Assembly (NCBI RefSeq): GCF_039920825.1
Contig: NZ_JBDSCX010000003.1
Location: forward strand, 25,385-89,384
Reading direction: 5' to 3'
Length of the DNA stretch: 64,000 bases
Origin: Luteolibacter sp.
GTDB taxonomy: Bacteria > Verrucomicrobiota > Verrucomicrobiia > Verrucomicrobiales > Akkermansiaceae
Below the pieces are notes generated by a model that saw nothing but the letters and a program-made list of their open reading frames with translations, was not told the DNA's origin and did not search any database. Made by a program: the position numbers and the translations under genes. Shown piece after piece: positions 54,660-64,000 of the stretch. Every line of letters starts with the position of its first letter. Position 1 is the first letter of the stretch.

Positions 54660-54790
54660 GTGGTGGGTGGGTGACGGCTCCAGCATGCGTCAGAATCGCA
54701 AAGATCCAAGCGCGGAAACGATTCGCCCGACTCGCAAGGAGGGCGAAATTTATGGATACTTCCGCCTTGGCCCGGCGTATGGGATTTGCA

Positions 54791-55783
54791 ATGAAATCAA
54801 TCATGCGAGTCCCCATTCTCCTGCTTTGTTCGGCCGCCATGCTTCACACTGTGCGCGCCGAAACCCTTTCCGACGCTGATCGCGAGGCGTTGTTGGACAG
54901 TCTCTCGAAACTCCATGATGAGGCGGAATCCAAGGTGGACGGGAAATTCCGGATCGCGCTGGCTGCTTTCAAGAATGCCATGGGCAGCGACGATGCCGCC
55001 ATCGAGCTCTATCTGAACTGCATGGAGCGGGTGAACTTCGACGAGGAGAAAAAGAAAGCCGCCGATTTCCGCGATTGGAAACGCAAGGAAGCCGAGAAGC
55101 TGTCCGATCCCGGAATGCGGCTCGCGCTTCGCCATCAGCTGCGGTGGTTGATCCTCACGATGCAGTCGATCCCGGAAAAGGCGGACAGGACGAAACTCGC
55201 TGCCGAGGCGCAACAGGCCGTCGACACGATTTTCGACGAAATCGAGAAACTCAAAGGCCAGGAGGAAATTCTCGGCCAGTCCGTGATGTCCACCGTGTTT
55301 GCGAGAGCTTACGACATCAACCACATCAAGGTGGAGAACTGGCCGCTCAATCCGGTCGAGTTGGATTCGATTTATGGTGAAGTCATCCTGCCGCCGCTCC
55401 GCCGCCCCTCGCAGTTGGCCGGGCTGCGCGCGGCGTGGATCAAGCGCATCCAGCAGGAAGGGTCCAAAGCTCAATACTGGTCGGGCCGGCGAGGAGGAGG
55501 GGGCGGAGAGGAACGGAAAGGTGCCCCCGCACCCAGCGGCCCGTCGCCCGCCTACACCAGATTTCTCGAAGAAACGCAGCCCAAACTCCAGTGGGACATG
55601 GAGATCGATCTCTACCGCAGCGGCGATGAAAGCGGCGCAGCTACACGGATGCTCGCCCATTTGGAAAAACACATCGCGCATCCGTCCGCCAAGGCATGGA
55701 GCGACCAGCTCAAGCAACTCCTGAAGCCAGCCGCCGCGCCCGCACCTGCGGCCCCGCCGGAAGCCGGGACTACGGCACCTTGA
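54791..55783 (+). CDS. Secreted helical hypothetical protein
   Basis: Signal-like MRVPILLLCSAAMLHTVRA, long ORF with typical codon use. Confidence 0.7.
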   Translation: MKSIMRVPILLLCSAAMLHTVRAETLSDADREALLDSLSKLHDEAESKVDGKFRIALAAFKNAMGSDDAAIELYLNCMERVNFDEEKKKAADFRDWKRKEAEKLSDPGMRLALRHQLRWLILTMQSIPEKADRTKLAAEAQQAVDTIFDEIEKLKGQEEILGQSVMSTVFARAYDINHIKVENWPLNPVELDSIYGEVILPPLRRPSQLAGLRAAWIKRIQQEGSKAQYWSGRRGGGGGEERKGAPAPSGPSPAYTRFLEETQPKLQWDMEIDLYRSGDESGAATRMLAHLEKHIAHPSAKAWSDQLKQLLKPAAAPAPAAPPEAGTTAP

Positions 55784-55870
55784 TTCGCTTCCGGCGCTTG
55801 GGTTTGAATTTACCTGTTGAATCCCTTCAACAGGCGTGTTAGGTCTGCCGATGGTAAAACCCACACGATC

Positions 55871-56404
55871 ATGAAAAAATTCATCAGCCTCGCCGTCGCC
55901 TGCACGCTCGTCTCTCAAGTCATCGCCCAAACCCCGGCGCAAGCACCCGCCCCCACCTCGGACTCGCTCTTGAAGCAAGGTCAGGCTGCTGAAAAAGCCG
56001 GTGATCCAGTTGCGGCCAAGGAGTTTTATACGAAATCCCTGAAAATGAATCCTAACAACGCCAATGCCATCTACAGCATCGGCCAGTTGAAGGTCAATTC
56101 CGCTTCCATCGCCGCCAAAGGCCGCGAGGCGAAATTCGGTGCGGTGGTCGTTCCCGTGTTCCAATTGGACGCCGCTTCTTTGCAAGAAGCCCTCGATGCC
56201 CTCAGCGTCGTGATCGAGAAGGAATCCAAGCAAACCGTCACTCCGAATTTCATCATTCAGGATCCCAAGCTCGTTCTCGCCGACCGCAAGATCACACTCA
56301 ATCTCAAGAACATGCCGTCTAAGGCCGTGATGAAATATCTCATGGATCAAACCGGCGCTAAAGCACGCTACGACGAACACGCCGTGGTCGTCACCCCGCT
56401 CTGA
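55871..56404 (+). CDS. Secreted TPR-containing hypothetical protein with STN/secretin-N-like C-terminal domain
   Basis: MKKFISLAVACTL. AKEFYTKSLKMNPNNANA. ITLNLKNMP..AVMKYLMDQTG. Confidence 0.7.
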   Translation: MKKFISLAVACTLVSQVIAQTPAQAPAPTSDSLLKQGQAAEKAGDPVAAKEFYTKSLKMNPNNANAIYSIGQLKVNSASIAAKGREAKFGAVVVPVFQLDAASLQEALDALSVVIEKESKQTVTPNFIIQDPKLVLADRKITLNLKNMPSKAVMKYLMDQTGAKARYDEHAVVVTPL

Positions 56405-56405
56405 A

Positions 56406-57764
56406 TCACTTCATCCGGGCGGCGTTGAGGATGGCCTGATGGACATCCTCCGCCGTCGTCACGGGGTAGGCCGATCCTAACAAAACCGGGCGTTCGCCTT
56501 CCTGAACCACATCCCTGCCGTGCGATCCCTTGACGAGCGACGCGTCGAGCGGAATCACGTCCAACAAACCGCGCAGTCCGAGCTTTTTCTTCAACAGGAA
56601 TTTCGCGATCCGCAGCTTGGGAAACGCGATCGCCGGATCGACGAAAAGCTCGCACGGATCATAGCCCGGCTTGCGGTGGATATCGATGGTCCGCGCGTAA
56701 TCCGGCGCGACCGCGTCGTCCTCCCAGAAATAGTAAGTGAACCAGGCGTCTTCCGCCGCGATCGCGATGAAATCACCACCGCGTTCCGAGCCGACGCCTT
56801 CGCCCCATTCGCCCGTCGAGGTCCGGACCTCATCGACGCCCGGCGTGCTTTCTAGCAGCATTCGCACATCCTCGCGGATCGACGGATCATTCACATAAAC
56901 GTGAGCCACCTGGTGCTCCGCAATGGCGAAGGCCTTTGATGCTCCGCAATCCAGCGTTTCCAAACCGAGTTCGTCCTTGATCTGGATCCAACCTTTTTGC
57001 CGGAACAAGCGGTTGAGATGAATCGTGCGGCTCACCGGAGAAATCCCGTATTCGGATAGAACCAGCACCCGGATGCCGCGCGACTCGTAGAAATTAATGA
57101 GGTCCGTGGCCAAGGCGTCGATTTTCCGGCACTCCTCCGGAATGTTAGCCGCCAGCGGCCCGTCTTTCTGCAACGGGTAATCAAGATGCGGCAGATAAAC
57201 CAAGCTCAGCGTCGGCGAGTGTTTTTCCTCCACCCACTTCGCGGAAGCGGCGATCCATTCGGAGGAAGCAATCCCTGCCGCCGGTCCCCAAAATGCTTGG
57301 AAGGGAAAAGGACCGAGGTCTTTTTTCAACTCCTCCCGCATGCCCATCGGCTGCGTGTGCACGTCGAAAACTTTCCGCCCGTCCGCCGGATAGAGCGGCC
57401 GCGGGGTGATCGAAAAATCCGCCGTGGAATGCATGTTGTACCACCAGAACAACTTCGCGCAGGTGAAGCCGGGAATCTCCCGCCGCAACTTGTCCCACAG
57501 CTTTTCGCCGCGGACGATGTGGTTGCTCTGTTTCCAGAAACGCACCTCCGCGTTTTCCCGGTCATACCAGCCGTTGGCCACAATTCCGTGCTCCGACGGC
57601 GAAGTCCCGGTGACCACCGACGACTGCGCCGTGCACGTCACCGCCGGGAATGCTGGCTTGTAAGTCTGCAACCCGTTCTTCTCCGCGAACTTTGTCAGCC
57701 CGGGCATGTTCGCGCCGAGCAGCGACTTGGAAAGTCCGACGAGATTGATGACGGCGAGGCGCAT
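56406..57764 (-). CDS. Alkaline phosphatase/nucleotide pyrophosphatase family protein (EboF-like)
   Basis: MRLAVINLVGL, FPAVTCTAQS, YLPHLDY, LSEYGI, HRKPGYDPCELF, VKGSHG. Confidence 0.85.
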   Translation of the reverse strand: MRLAVINLVGLSKSLLGANMPGLTKFAEKNGLQTYKPAFPAVTCTAQSSVVTGTSPSEHGIVANGWYDRENAEVRFWKQSNHIVRGEKLWDKLRREIPGFTCAKLFWWYNMHSTADFSITPRPLYPADGRKVFDVHTQPMGMREELKKDLGPFPFQAFWGPAAGIASSEWIAASAKWVEEKHSPTLSLVYLPHLDYPLQKDGPLAANIPEECRKIDALATDLINFYESRGIRVLVLSEYGISPVSRTIHLNRLFRQKGWIQIKDELGLETLDCGASKAFAIAEHQVAHVYVNDPSIREDVRMLLESTPGVDEVRTSTGEWGEGVGSERGGDFIAIAAEDAWFTYYFWEDDAVAPDYARTIDIHRKPGYDPCELFVDPAIAFPKLRIAKFLLKKKLGLRGLLDVIPLDASLVKGSHGRDVVQEGERPVLLGSAYPVTTAEDVHQAILNAARMK

Positions 57765-57774
57765 GGGGTTGGTT

Positions 57775-58179
57775 TCAGTCGTGGGTGATATACCAGCCGA
57801 TGGAGTGGTCCTTTGAATCGTAAAAGACACGGTGGTAGTAAACGACCGCTGCAAAACCGCTGATTCCTCCAAACGCGAAACGGTCCACCCTAGGCACCTC
57901 AGTCTGATAAGCTTGTTCCTGAAGAAGCTCCCACGATTTGGGTTCCCACCCTTCCTTGGGTTTGTATCGGGTTTGGTCGGCCAGCATCGGCTTGATCCCC
58001 GCCTTGCGGATCGACTCCCGGATTTGGGAAGGCGTCTGTCCCCGCTTATAAACCTGCTGGAAACGGGAATACTCCTGCTTCTGCTCCGAAACAGAGGCCT
58101 GATAATCCGCTGGCGTCATCGGGCTGCACGATGCCAGCACCAACCCGAGCAATCCGATCCAAGGCAGATAAATTTTCAT
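57775..58179 (-). CDS. Small lipoprotein, hypothetical
   Basis: MKIYLPWIGLLGLVLASC lipobox. AT-richer than its neighbours. Confidence 0.7.
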   Translation of the reverse strand: MKIYLPWIGLLGLVLASCSPMTPADYQASVSEQKQEYSRFQQVYKRGQTPSQIRESIRKAGIKPMLADQTRYKPKEGWEPKSWELLQEQAYQTEVPRVDRFAFGGISGFAAVVYYHRVFYDSKDHSIGWYITHD

Positions 58180-58191
58180 GGCAAAAGGAAA

Positions 58192-59073
58192 TCACGCTCC
58201 GATCTGCCTCGCCGCTTGCAGCGTGTTTTTCATCAGCATCGCGATGGTCATCGGGCCGACGCCGCCGGGGACGGGTGTGATGGCGGAGCAGAGCGGGGCG
58301 ACTTCGGCGTAGGCGACGTCCCCGGTGAGGCGGAAGCCGGATTTTTTCGTGGAATCCTCAACGCGGTTGATGCCGACGTCGATGACGACGGCACCGGGTT
58401 TCACCCAGTCGGCTTTGACCATTTCCGGACGACCGACCGCGGCGATGAGGATGTCCGCGCGGCGACAGATCGCGGGCAAATCTTTGGACCGCGAGTGGGC
58501 GATGGTGACAGTCGCGTTTGAGTTTTTCGAAACTAACAACGATGCCACGGATTTGCCCACGAGCATGCTGCGGCCGAGCACGACGGCCTCCGCCCCGCTG
58601 GTTTCGATGCCGGAAATTTCTAATAATTTCATACAGCCTGCCGGGGTGCAGGGGACGAATCCGGTGGGATCTTCCAACACCAACTTGGCGACATTTTCCG
58701 GGTGAAATCCATCCACGTCCTTGCGTGAATCAAGACCTCGGATGATGGCTTCCTCGTTGATGTGCTTGGGCAGTGGGAACTGGACAAGGATGCCGTGGAC
58801 TTTCGGATCCGCATTCAAATCCCGCACGACTTGGAGCAGTTCGTCCTGCGTGGTTTCCGCGGACAGCTCGATTTTTACCGAGTGGAAACCCAGCTCGGCG
58901 CAGGTGCGGGCTTTCGACCCGACATAGACTTGCGACGCCGGGTCGGCGCCGACGAGTACCACGGCCAGGCCGGGCTGGATGCCTTTGGCTAACAGTTCGG
59001 CTGTTTCCGCGCGGCACTCGTCGAGCACGGCGGCGGCTACGGATTTTCCATCGAGGATTTTCGGTGAGTTCAT
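58192..59073 (-). CDS. folD: Methylenetetrahydrofolate dehydrogenase/cyclohydrolase
   Basis: [46 protein letters not shown]. Confidence 0.97.
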   Translation of the reverse strand: MNSPKILDGKSVAAAVLDECRAETAELLAKGIQPGLAVVLVGADPASQVYVGSKARTCAELGFHSVKIELSAETTQDELLQVVRDLNADPKVHGILVQFPLPKHINEEAIIRGLDSRKDVDGFHPENVAKLVLEDPTGFVPCTPAGCMKLLEISGIETSGAEAVVLGRSMLVGKSVASLLVSKNSNATVTIAHSRSKDLPAICRRADILIAAVGRPEMVKADWVKPGAVVIDVGINRVEDSTKKSGFRLTGDVAYAEVAPLCSAITPVPGGVGPMTIAMLMKNTLQAARQIGA

Positions 59074-59083
59074 GAGAAAAATT

Positions 59084-59752
59084 TCAGGCATCATCGGTCC
59101 CGGCGAGAAGGATTTCCCGGATGCGGTCGCTGTGCTGTTGGAAGGCAGCTTCATCAAGCTTGGGCGGGACGGCAAGAGTCTCGTCGAAAATCACGGTGAC
59201 CCGGCTGAACGGTTTCGGGATCACGAGGCGGTCCCAGGTTTTCAATCGCCAAGCGGAATGAAACCGGGCGTGGATCGGTAAAATGGGCGCGCCGGAGGAC
59301 TCGGCGAGCTTGATCATGCCCGCATGGAAGCCATAGCGGGGCCCACGCGGCCCGTCCGGGGTGATGCAGACATCAACGCCTTCCTTGAGCTCGCGCTTCA
59401 TCCCGATCAAGGCGGCGACGGCCCGCCGCGAGGATGAGCCGCGCACCGAACCGATGCCGAAAACAGCCATTGCGCGGGCGAGAATCGCGCCGTCCTTGCT
59501 CGCGCTGGTGAGCACCACAGCCCTGCGGTGGCGGCCACAGTTTTTTCGCCAAATCGATGGGATGACGAAGATCCGGTTGTGCCACATCGCGTAGATGACG
59601 GGCGGCAAATGGTTGTCCGGACCGGTGATCCCGCAACGGTCATCGACCTCGAAGCGCAGGGTGGCGTTCCAGAGTTTCATGAGCCACCCCGCGAGGGTTC
59701 CGAGGATTTCCGCCTTGCGGCTGCCGCGGATCTCGGTGCTTTTAGAACTCAT
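59084..59752 (-). CDS. DUF374 / lysophospholipid acyltransferase family protein
   Basis: [38 protein letters not shown]. Confidence 0.9.
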   Translation of the reverse strand: MSSKSTEIRGSRKAEILGTLAGWLMKLWNATLRFEVDDRCGITGPDNHLPPVIYAMWHNRIFVIPSIWRKNCGRHRRAVVLTSASKDGAILARAMAVFGIGSVRGSSSRRAVAALIGMKRELKEGVDVCITPDGPRGPRYGFHAGMIKLAESSGAPILPIHARFHSAWRLKTWDRLVIPKPFSRVTVIFDETLAVPPKLDEAAFQQHSDRIREILLAGTDDA

Positions 59753-59755
59753 CGG

Positions 59756-61255
59756 TTAGAGGAAGCCGGCGGGATGAAGCGTGTCCACGAGGTATTGCTG
59801 GCGGGACATCAGTTCCTGATACATCTCGTGTGCCTGCGGATCCGGGTCGCAACGGGATTCTGAATCGCCCGCGACCAGGTAGCTGGCGATTTCCTCAAAA
59901 CCTAACGACTCACCGCTCTGATGGAAAAACGCCACCGCCGCCTGCATCGCCGCGCCCACGGCGGCTCCCTGCCTGCTGGAAACAGGAACCACCGGCGCGC
60001 CGAAGACGTCGGCCAGCAGTTGGCGCGTCACCGGACTGGCCACACCCGGACCTAACAAACGAATTTCCGGTGGATCGAAACCCAAATCGCGCAGCCGGCT
60101 CATCGCGTAACCAAGACCTAACGCCACGCCCTCCGCCGCCGCCCGGGCCATGTGCGCGGGGGTGAAATTTTCCGGAGTGATGCCGTGCAAGACACCAGTG
60201 CCATCCGGCAGGCGGGGGATCGATTCACCGGTGAAATACGGCAAAAGTAGCAGTCCGTCCGCACCCGGCGAAACGCTCGCGACCATCGCTTCGAACTGTT
60301 GCGGACTCCAGCCGTAGTGACGTCGCAGGACTTCGGGAGCCACTGCCGCGTTCGTCGTCGTTGCAAGACCGAGCCAACTGCCCGTCGCGCTGCAAAGCGG
60401 GGTGATTTCTCCGCGGAAATCGATCACCGGAGCATCGCCGACGCCGACAATCACGCCGGACGATCCGAGTTCGACCGCCACCGTGCCGTTCGTGACACAT
60501 CCGGCGGCGAGCGCGGCCAACATTGGCGACGCGCTGCCGGCACCGACCTGCACCAGTTCCGAAACGCCCCATTCGCGGGCCAGCGCCGGACGCAACAAGC
60601 CGCGAGGTTGATCGGACGGACCGATGGGTGCCAGCAGCGAGGCCAGAGCCGGGTCAATGAAATCAATGAGCTCCGCCGACCACTTCCGCGTGCGGATGTC
60701 TAACAATCCGGTTCCCGACGCGCTGCCGGCCTCGGTGGAACGTTCGCCCGTCAGCCAGTAGGCGATGAAATCCTGCGCGGTGAGCAGGCTGGCGGCGCGT
60801 TGAAAATGATAGGGTTCGTGCTGTTTCAGCCACAGGCATTCCGCTGCCGCCGACTCCACTCCGGGTGCTTGTCCCGCGACCTCGATCAATCCGGGTGCGC
60901 CGCCGAACGCGCGGGCGATTTCGTCCGCCTGCTTCTTTACCGAGACGTCACCCGCGAGTTTCGCCGGGCGGATGATGCGGTTGGCTTCGTCCAGCAAAAC
61001 AAGCCCGCGTTGGGGGCCTGCCACGCCGATGGCCGCGACGCGATCTTTCTGGCCTTCGAGCGCGGCAAGGCATTGGCGCACCGCGCGGTCCACGGCGTCG
61101 ATCCACTGCGCCGGACTCTGCTCGCGATAGCCTGCCGGAAGTCCTTCGATCCAATCGTGGGGGACCCACGCTTCGGCACGGATCACCGCGGATTCCAGAT
61201 CCAAGGCTACGGCGCGGGTGCCGCCATGGCCGATTTCAATCCCCAGAAAGTGCAT
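59756..61255 (-). CDS. FGGY (xylulokinase-like) family protein with degenerate active site
   Basis: EQSPAQW..AV..AV, WLKQHEP, DFIAYWLTGE, LLLLPYFTGE. Phosphate-1 and catalytic motifs are altered. Confidence 0.85.
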   Translation of the reverse strand: MHFLGIEIGHGGTRAVALDLESAVIRAEAWVPHDWIEGLPAGYREQSPAQWIDAVDRAVRQCLAALEGQKDRVAAIGVAGPQRGLVLLDEANRIIRPAKLAGDVSVKKQADEIARAFGGAPGLIEVAGQAPGVESAAAECLWLKQHEPYHFQRAASLLTAQDFIAYWLTGERSTEAGSASGTGLLDIRTRKWSAELIDFIDPALASLLAPIGPSDQPRGLLRPALAREWGVSELVQVGAGSASPMLAALAAGCVTNGTVAVELGSSGVIVGVGDAPVIDFRGEITPLCSATGSWLGLATTTNAAVAPEVLRRHYGWSPQQFEAMVASVSPGADGLLLLPYFTGESIPRLPDGTGVLHGITPENFTPAHMARAAAEGVALGLGYAMSRLRDLGFDPPEIRLLGPGVASPVTRQLLADVFGAPVVPVSSRQGAAVGAAMQAAVAFFHQSGESLGFEEIASYLVAGDSESRCDPDPQAHEMYQELMSRQQYLVDTLHPAGFL

Positions 61256-61412
61256 GGTTGGTGTCCTAAGAATCGCAAGGTCCGTCAAACAAGGTGGGAG
61301 GACGGGTGCCGCGAGTTTCAACACGATGGAGGATTTGACAAGTCCCGCCGTCGTGGAAATCCGCAGGGACCGCGGGTTTGACATGATTTATAGAATTAGA
61401 TATTCAGCATCC

Positions 61413-62180
61413 ATGAACGACACGCCGCAAGATGCTTGGTTTTACTCGGGAGAGGGCGAGAGGATCGGGCCCGTGACCCTTTCCGATCTGCGGATCAAGG
61501 CGACAGACGGGGAATTGAACCCGCGCCTCGACATGGTGTGGACGCAAGGCATGGACGCTTGGAAACCCTCGGGCGAAATCGAGGGGCTGTTCGAGCGGCG
61601 GACGGCTCCCGAGCCCGCGCAAACCTTGGGACCGCCGACGGATCCCTACTCGCCGCCCAAGCAGGAAACCGCTGCGGAAGTGATGGGCAAGGAAGGCGGA
61701 TGGCCGGGAGCGAGACGGCGGAGTTACCTGCTTATCACATTGTTCTTCCCGGGCTTGTGGGTGTATGGAGTTGCGGCGGCGATGCCGTTTCTCACGTCAC
61801 AATTCGGTCCTCAAATCATGATATTCGCCTCACCGGGGATCCGTTTGATTCCTGCTCTGGTATTTATCTTTATCGGGCTGAGGCGCTTGGTGAATTTGGG
61901 CATGAGCCGCTGGTGGTTTCTCGGGAATTTTGTCCCGATCCTTGGCTTCTGGGTCGGCTACCGTTGTTTCGCCTGTCCGGGCGGATTCGCCTATCACAAG
62001 AAACTCGATGGTGCGGGGATCTTTCTTGCGATTGTTTACTGGCTTCTGTTAGCCATCGGACTCGTGGTGATGGGACTCTTGATCGCGATTTTGCTGGGTG
62101 CCTTCGGCTCTCCCGAGCTTCGGGACCAAATCCGTGAAATCATGCGCCATGCGGCGAATGGTTCCCCACCGAAACCGTGA
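61413..62180 (+). CDS. GYF_2 (DUF4339) domain membrane protein
   Basis: WFYSGEGERIGPVTLSDLR...VWTQGMDAWKP, followed by TM helices (RRLVNLGMSRWW). Confidence 0.82.
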   Translation: MNDTPQDAWFYSGEGERIGPVTLSDLRIKATDGELNPRLDMVWTQGMDAWKPSGEIEGLFERRTAPEPAQTLGPPTDPYSPPKQETAAEVMGKEGGWPGARRRSYLLITLFFPGLWVYGVAAAMPFLTSQFGPQIMIFASPGIRLIPALVFIFIGLRRLVNLGMSRWWFLGNFVPILGFWVGYRCFACPGGFAYHKKLDGAGIFLAIVYWLLLAIGLVVMGLLIAILLGAFGSPELRDQIREIMRHAANGSPPKP

Positions 62181-62224
62181 TCCAATATTCCAAACAGACC
62201 GACGAACGCCGCGAGGCCGGACCG

Positions 62225-62962
62225 ATGGAATGTTGGTGTCTCCACGGGGCCGTCGGCATGGCGGCGGATTGGCGCGGCTTTGCGAAAAGCATGGCCGCCA
62301 CCGGGATCGGGACCCGCGCCATCGATTCATGGCGGTTTCTCGAATGCTGCCCCATGCCGCTAACGGATTTCGGGAAGGCGCTCAATGCCGACGCCAGCGG
62401 CGAAGTCTTCCGTGGGAGCAGCCGTGCTCTTCTCGGTTACTCGATGGGTGGTCGGATGGCATTGCATTCTTTGTTAGAAGACGGTCATCCGTGGCAGGCG
62501 GCCATCATCGTTTCCGCCCATCCAGGATTGGATTCCGAAACAGAGCGAGCGGACCGCCGCGCCTCCGACGCCGGATGGGCAACTCAAGCACTGGCTGGTG
62601 ATTGGCAGAAATTTCTCACCGCATGGAATGCCCAACCCATCCTAGGTGATGCGGCGATGCGTGATCCGCAGGCCTCCGGCCGGCTCATCATGCGCCGCCG
62701 GGAAATCGCCCGCAGCTTTGTCGATTGGTCGCTCGGGGCCCAGGAGCCGTTGTGGGATCGTCTCGGCAAGATCACGATTCCCGTCCTGTGGGTCGCCGGG
62801 GAAAACGACACGAAATTCCGCGCTCTCGCCGAACGCGCCTCATCCCTGATACCGAAGGGCTGCGTCGCGATCGCTCCTGGAACTGGTCATCGCGTGCCTT
62901 GGGCAGCGGAAACGTGGTTTGCCGAGACGGTCGGCAGTTTCCTGAAACTTGGTTACGTTTGA
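62225..62962 (+). CDS. menH: Alpha/beta hydrolase, probable SHCHC synthase
   Basis: LHG, LLGYSMGGRMAL, RRASDAGWA, GENDTKF, GHRVP. Directly upstream of menB. Confidence 0.75.
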   Translation: MECWCLHGAVGMAADWRGFAKSMAATGIGTRAIDSWRFLECCPMPLTDFGKALNADASGEVFRGSSRALLGYSMGGRMALHSLLEDGHPWQAAIIVSAHPGLDSETERADRRASDAGWATQALAGDWQKFLTAWNAQPILGDAAMRDPQASGRLIMRRREIARSFVDWSLGAQEPLWDRLGKITIPVLWVAGENDTKFRALAERASSLIPKGCVAIAPGTGHRVPWAAETWFAETVGSFLKLGYV

Positions 62963-63013
62963 GCCCGCATCGGAGTTGCGGGCGCATGGTCGATCGTCCA
63001 AACTGCTGCCCTT

Positions 63014-63829
63014 ATGTGGACCACTGTGCGCGAATTCGAGGACATCCGTTTTGAAACGACGGATGAGGGAAGTATTGCCAAAATCACCATCAACCGCCCC
63101 GAAGTGCGCAACGCCTTCCGCCCGCAGACGGTGAAGGAAATGCTGATCGCTTTCGATCTTGCCCATGAAGATCCCAAGGTCGGCGCGATCATCCTCACCG
63201 GCGCGGGCGATCTCGCATTCTGCTCCGGCGGCGACCAGAAAGTCCGCGGCCACGCCGGCTACATCGGCGAGGATGGCATCCCGCGCCTCAACGTGCTCGA
63301 TTTGCAGAAGAAAATCCGCTCCCTGCCCAAACCCGTCGTCGCGATGGTCGCCGGTTACGCCATCGGTGGCGGTCACGTTTTGCACATTGTCTGCGACCTC
63401 ACCATCGCCGCCGACAACGCCCGCTTCGGCCAGACCGGTCCCAAGGTCGGCTCGTTCGACGGCGGCCTCGGCTCCAGCTACCTCGCCCGCATCGTCGGTC
63501 AGAAAAAAGCCCGCGAAATCTGGTATCTCTGCCGCCAATACGACGCCCAACAAGCTCTCGACATGGGCCTCGTCAACACCGTTGTCCCGCTCGCCGATCT
63601 CGAAAAGGAAACCCTCCAGTGGTGCCGCGAAATGCTCGCCCATTCGCCACTCGCCCTGCGTTGTTTGAAATCCGCGCTCAACGCCGATTGCGACGGCCAG
63701 ATGGGACTTCTCGATCTAGCAGGAAACGCCACGCTTCTCTACTACATGAGCGAGGAAGGCCGCGAAGGGAAACAAGCCTTCCTTGAAAAACGGAAACCGG
63801 ATTTCTCGAAATTTCCACGGGTGCCTTGA
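63014..63829 (+). CDS. menB: 1,4-dihydroxy-2-naphthoyl-CoA synthase
   Basis: [42 protein letters not shown]. Confidence 0.97.
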   Translation: MWTTVREFEDIRFETTDEGSIAKITINRPEVRNAFRPQTVKEMLIAFDLAHEDPKVGAIILTGAGDLAFCSGGDQKVRGHAGYIGEDGIPRLNVLDLQKKIRSLPKPVVAMVAGYAIGGGHVLHIVCDLTIAADNARFGQTGPKVGSFDGGLGSSYLARIVGQKKAREIWYLCRQYDAQQALDMGLVNTVVPLADLEKETLQWCREMLAHSPLALRCLKSALNADCDGQMGLLDLAGNATLLYYMSEEGREGKQAFLEKRKPDFSKFPRVP

Positions 63830-63862
63830 TCCGGCCCCGGTGTTTTCCAACTCCCATTCCCC

Positions 63863-64000
63863 ATGCCCGCCAAGAAATCCCGCGCGAAGAAAAAATCCGC
63901 CGCCATCCCGCTCCCATCCGCCGCCGATTGGCGCACCACGGACCAGGACGAGATTCTCCGTCGAGTCCAGCGCGCCCGCGATGAGAAACACGGCATCACC
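63863..64000 (+). CDS. 5' fragment of a CDS running off the window, possibly a SWIM/SNF2-type helicase
   Basis: MPAKKSRAKKK...WRTTDQDEILRRVQRARDE. Family guess from memory only. Confidence 0.45.
   Translation, partial: MPAKKSRAKKKSAAIPLPSAADWRTTDQDEILRRVQRARDEKHGIT

Noticed and set aside
1-64000. tRNA, rRNA, IS transposase, integrase or prophage genes
   Set aside because: None recognised by eye. A tRNAscan/Infernal/HMM run would be needed to exclude them formally.
1-64000. Chi- or KOPS-like role for CTAAC, and CTAG enrichment
   Set aside because: CTAAC shows no strong strand polarity here. CTAG (roughly 20 by eye) does not look enriched.

Overview
GC-rich bacterial chromosome segment, most likely Verrucomicrobiota (Luteolibacter-like). 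This is inferred from the gene families and from an exact match to the Verrucomicrobia-type LexA box. About 55 CDS are supported. Housekeeping and repair genes: priA, rapA, nth, prlC, YhaM-like HD nuclease, folD, menH, menB. Transport and regulation: a GntR(YtrA)-ABC operon and a TolC/MacA/MacB-type efflux operon with a two-component system. Also present are two divergent flavin-dependent halogenase-like genes, many secreted or envelope proteins, and two small toxin-antitoxin-type modules. No rRNA, tRNA, CRISPR array or transposase was recognised. Strongest leads: (1) a 154-aa protein resembling plant Whirly ssDNA-binding proteins, divergent from priA behind tandem LexA boxes; (2) window-wide enrichment of the pentamer CTAAC/GTTAG, reached through synonymous and stop-codon choices; (3) at 46.4-47.6 kb, a small helical protein, a 12x21-bp degenerate array and a ~190-nt inverted-repeat element ahead of a secreted metalloprotease/partner pair; (4) a nucleotidyltransferase cassette between 40-bp direct repeats; (5) a heptamer-based repeat that has inserted in frame into prlC. 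All family calls come from motif recognition and memory, with no database searches. Counts are manual tallies.
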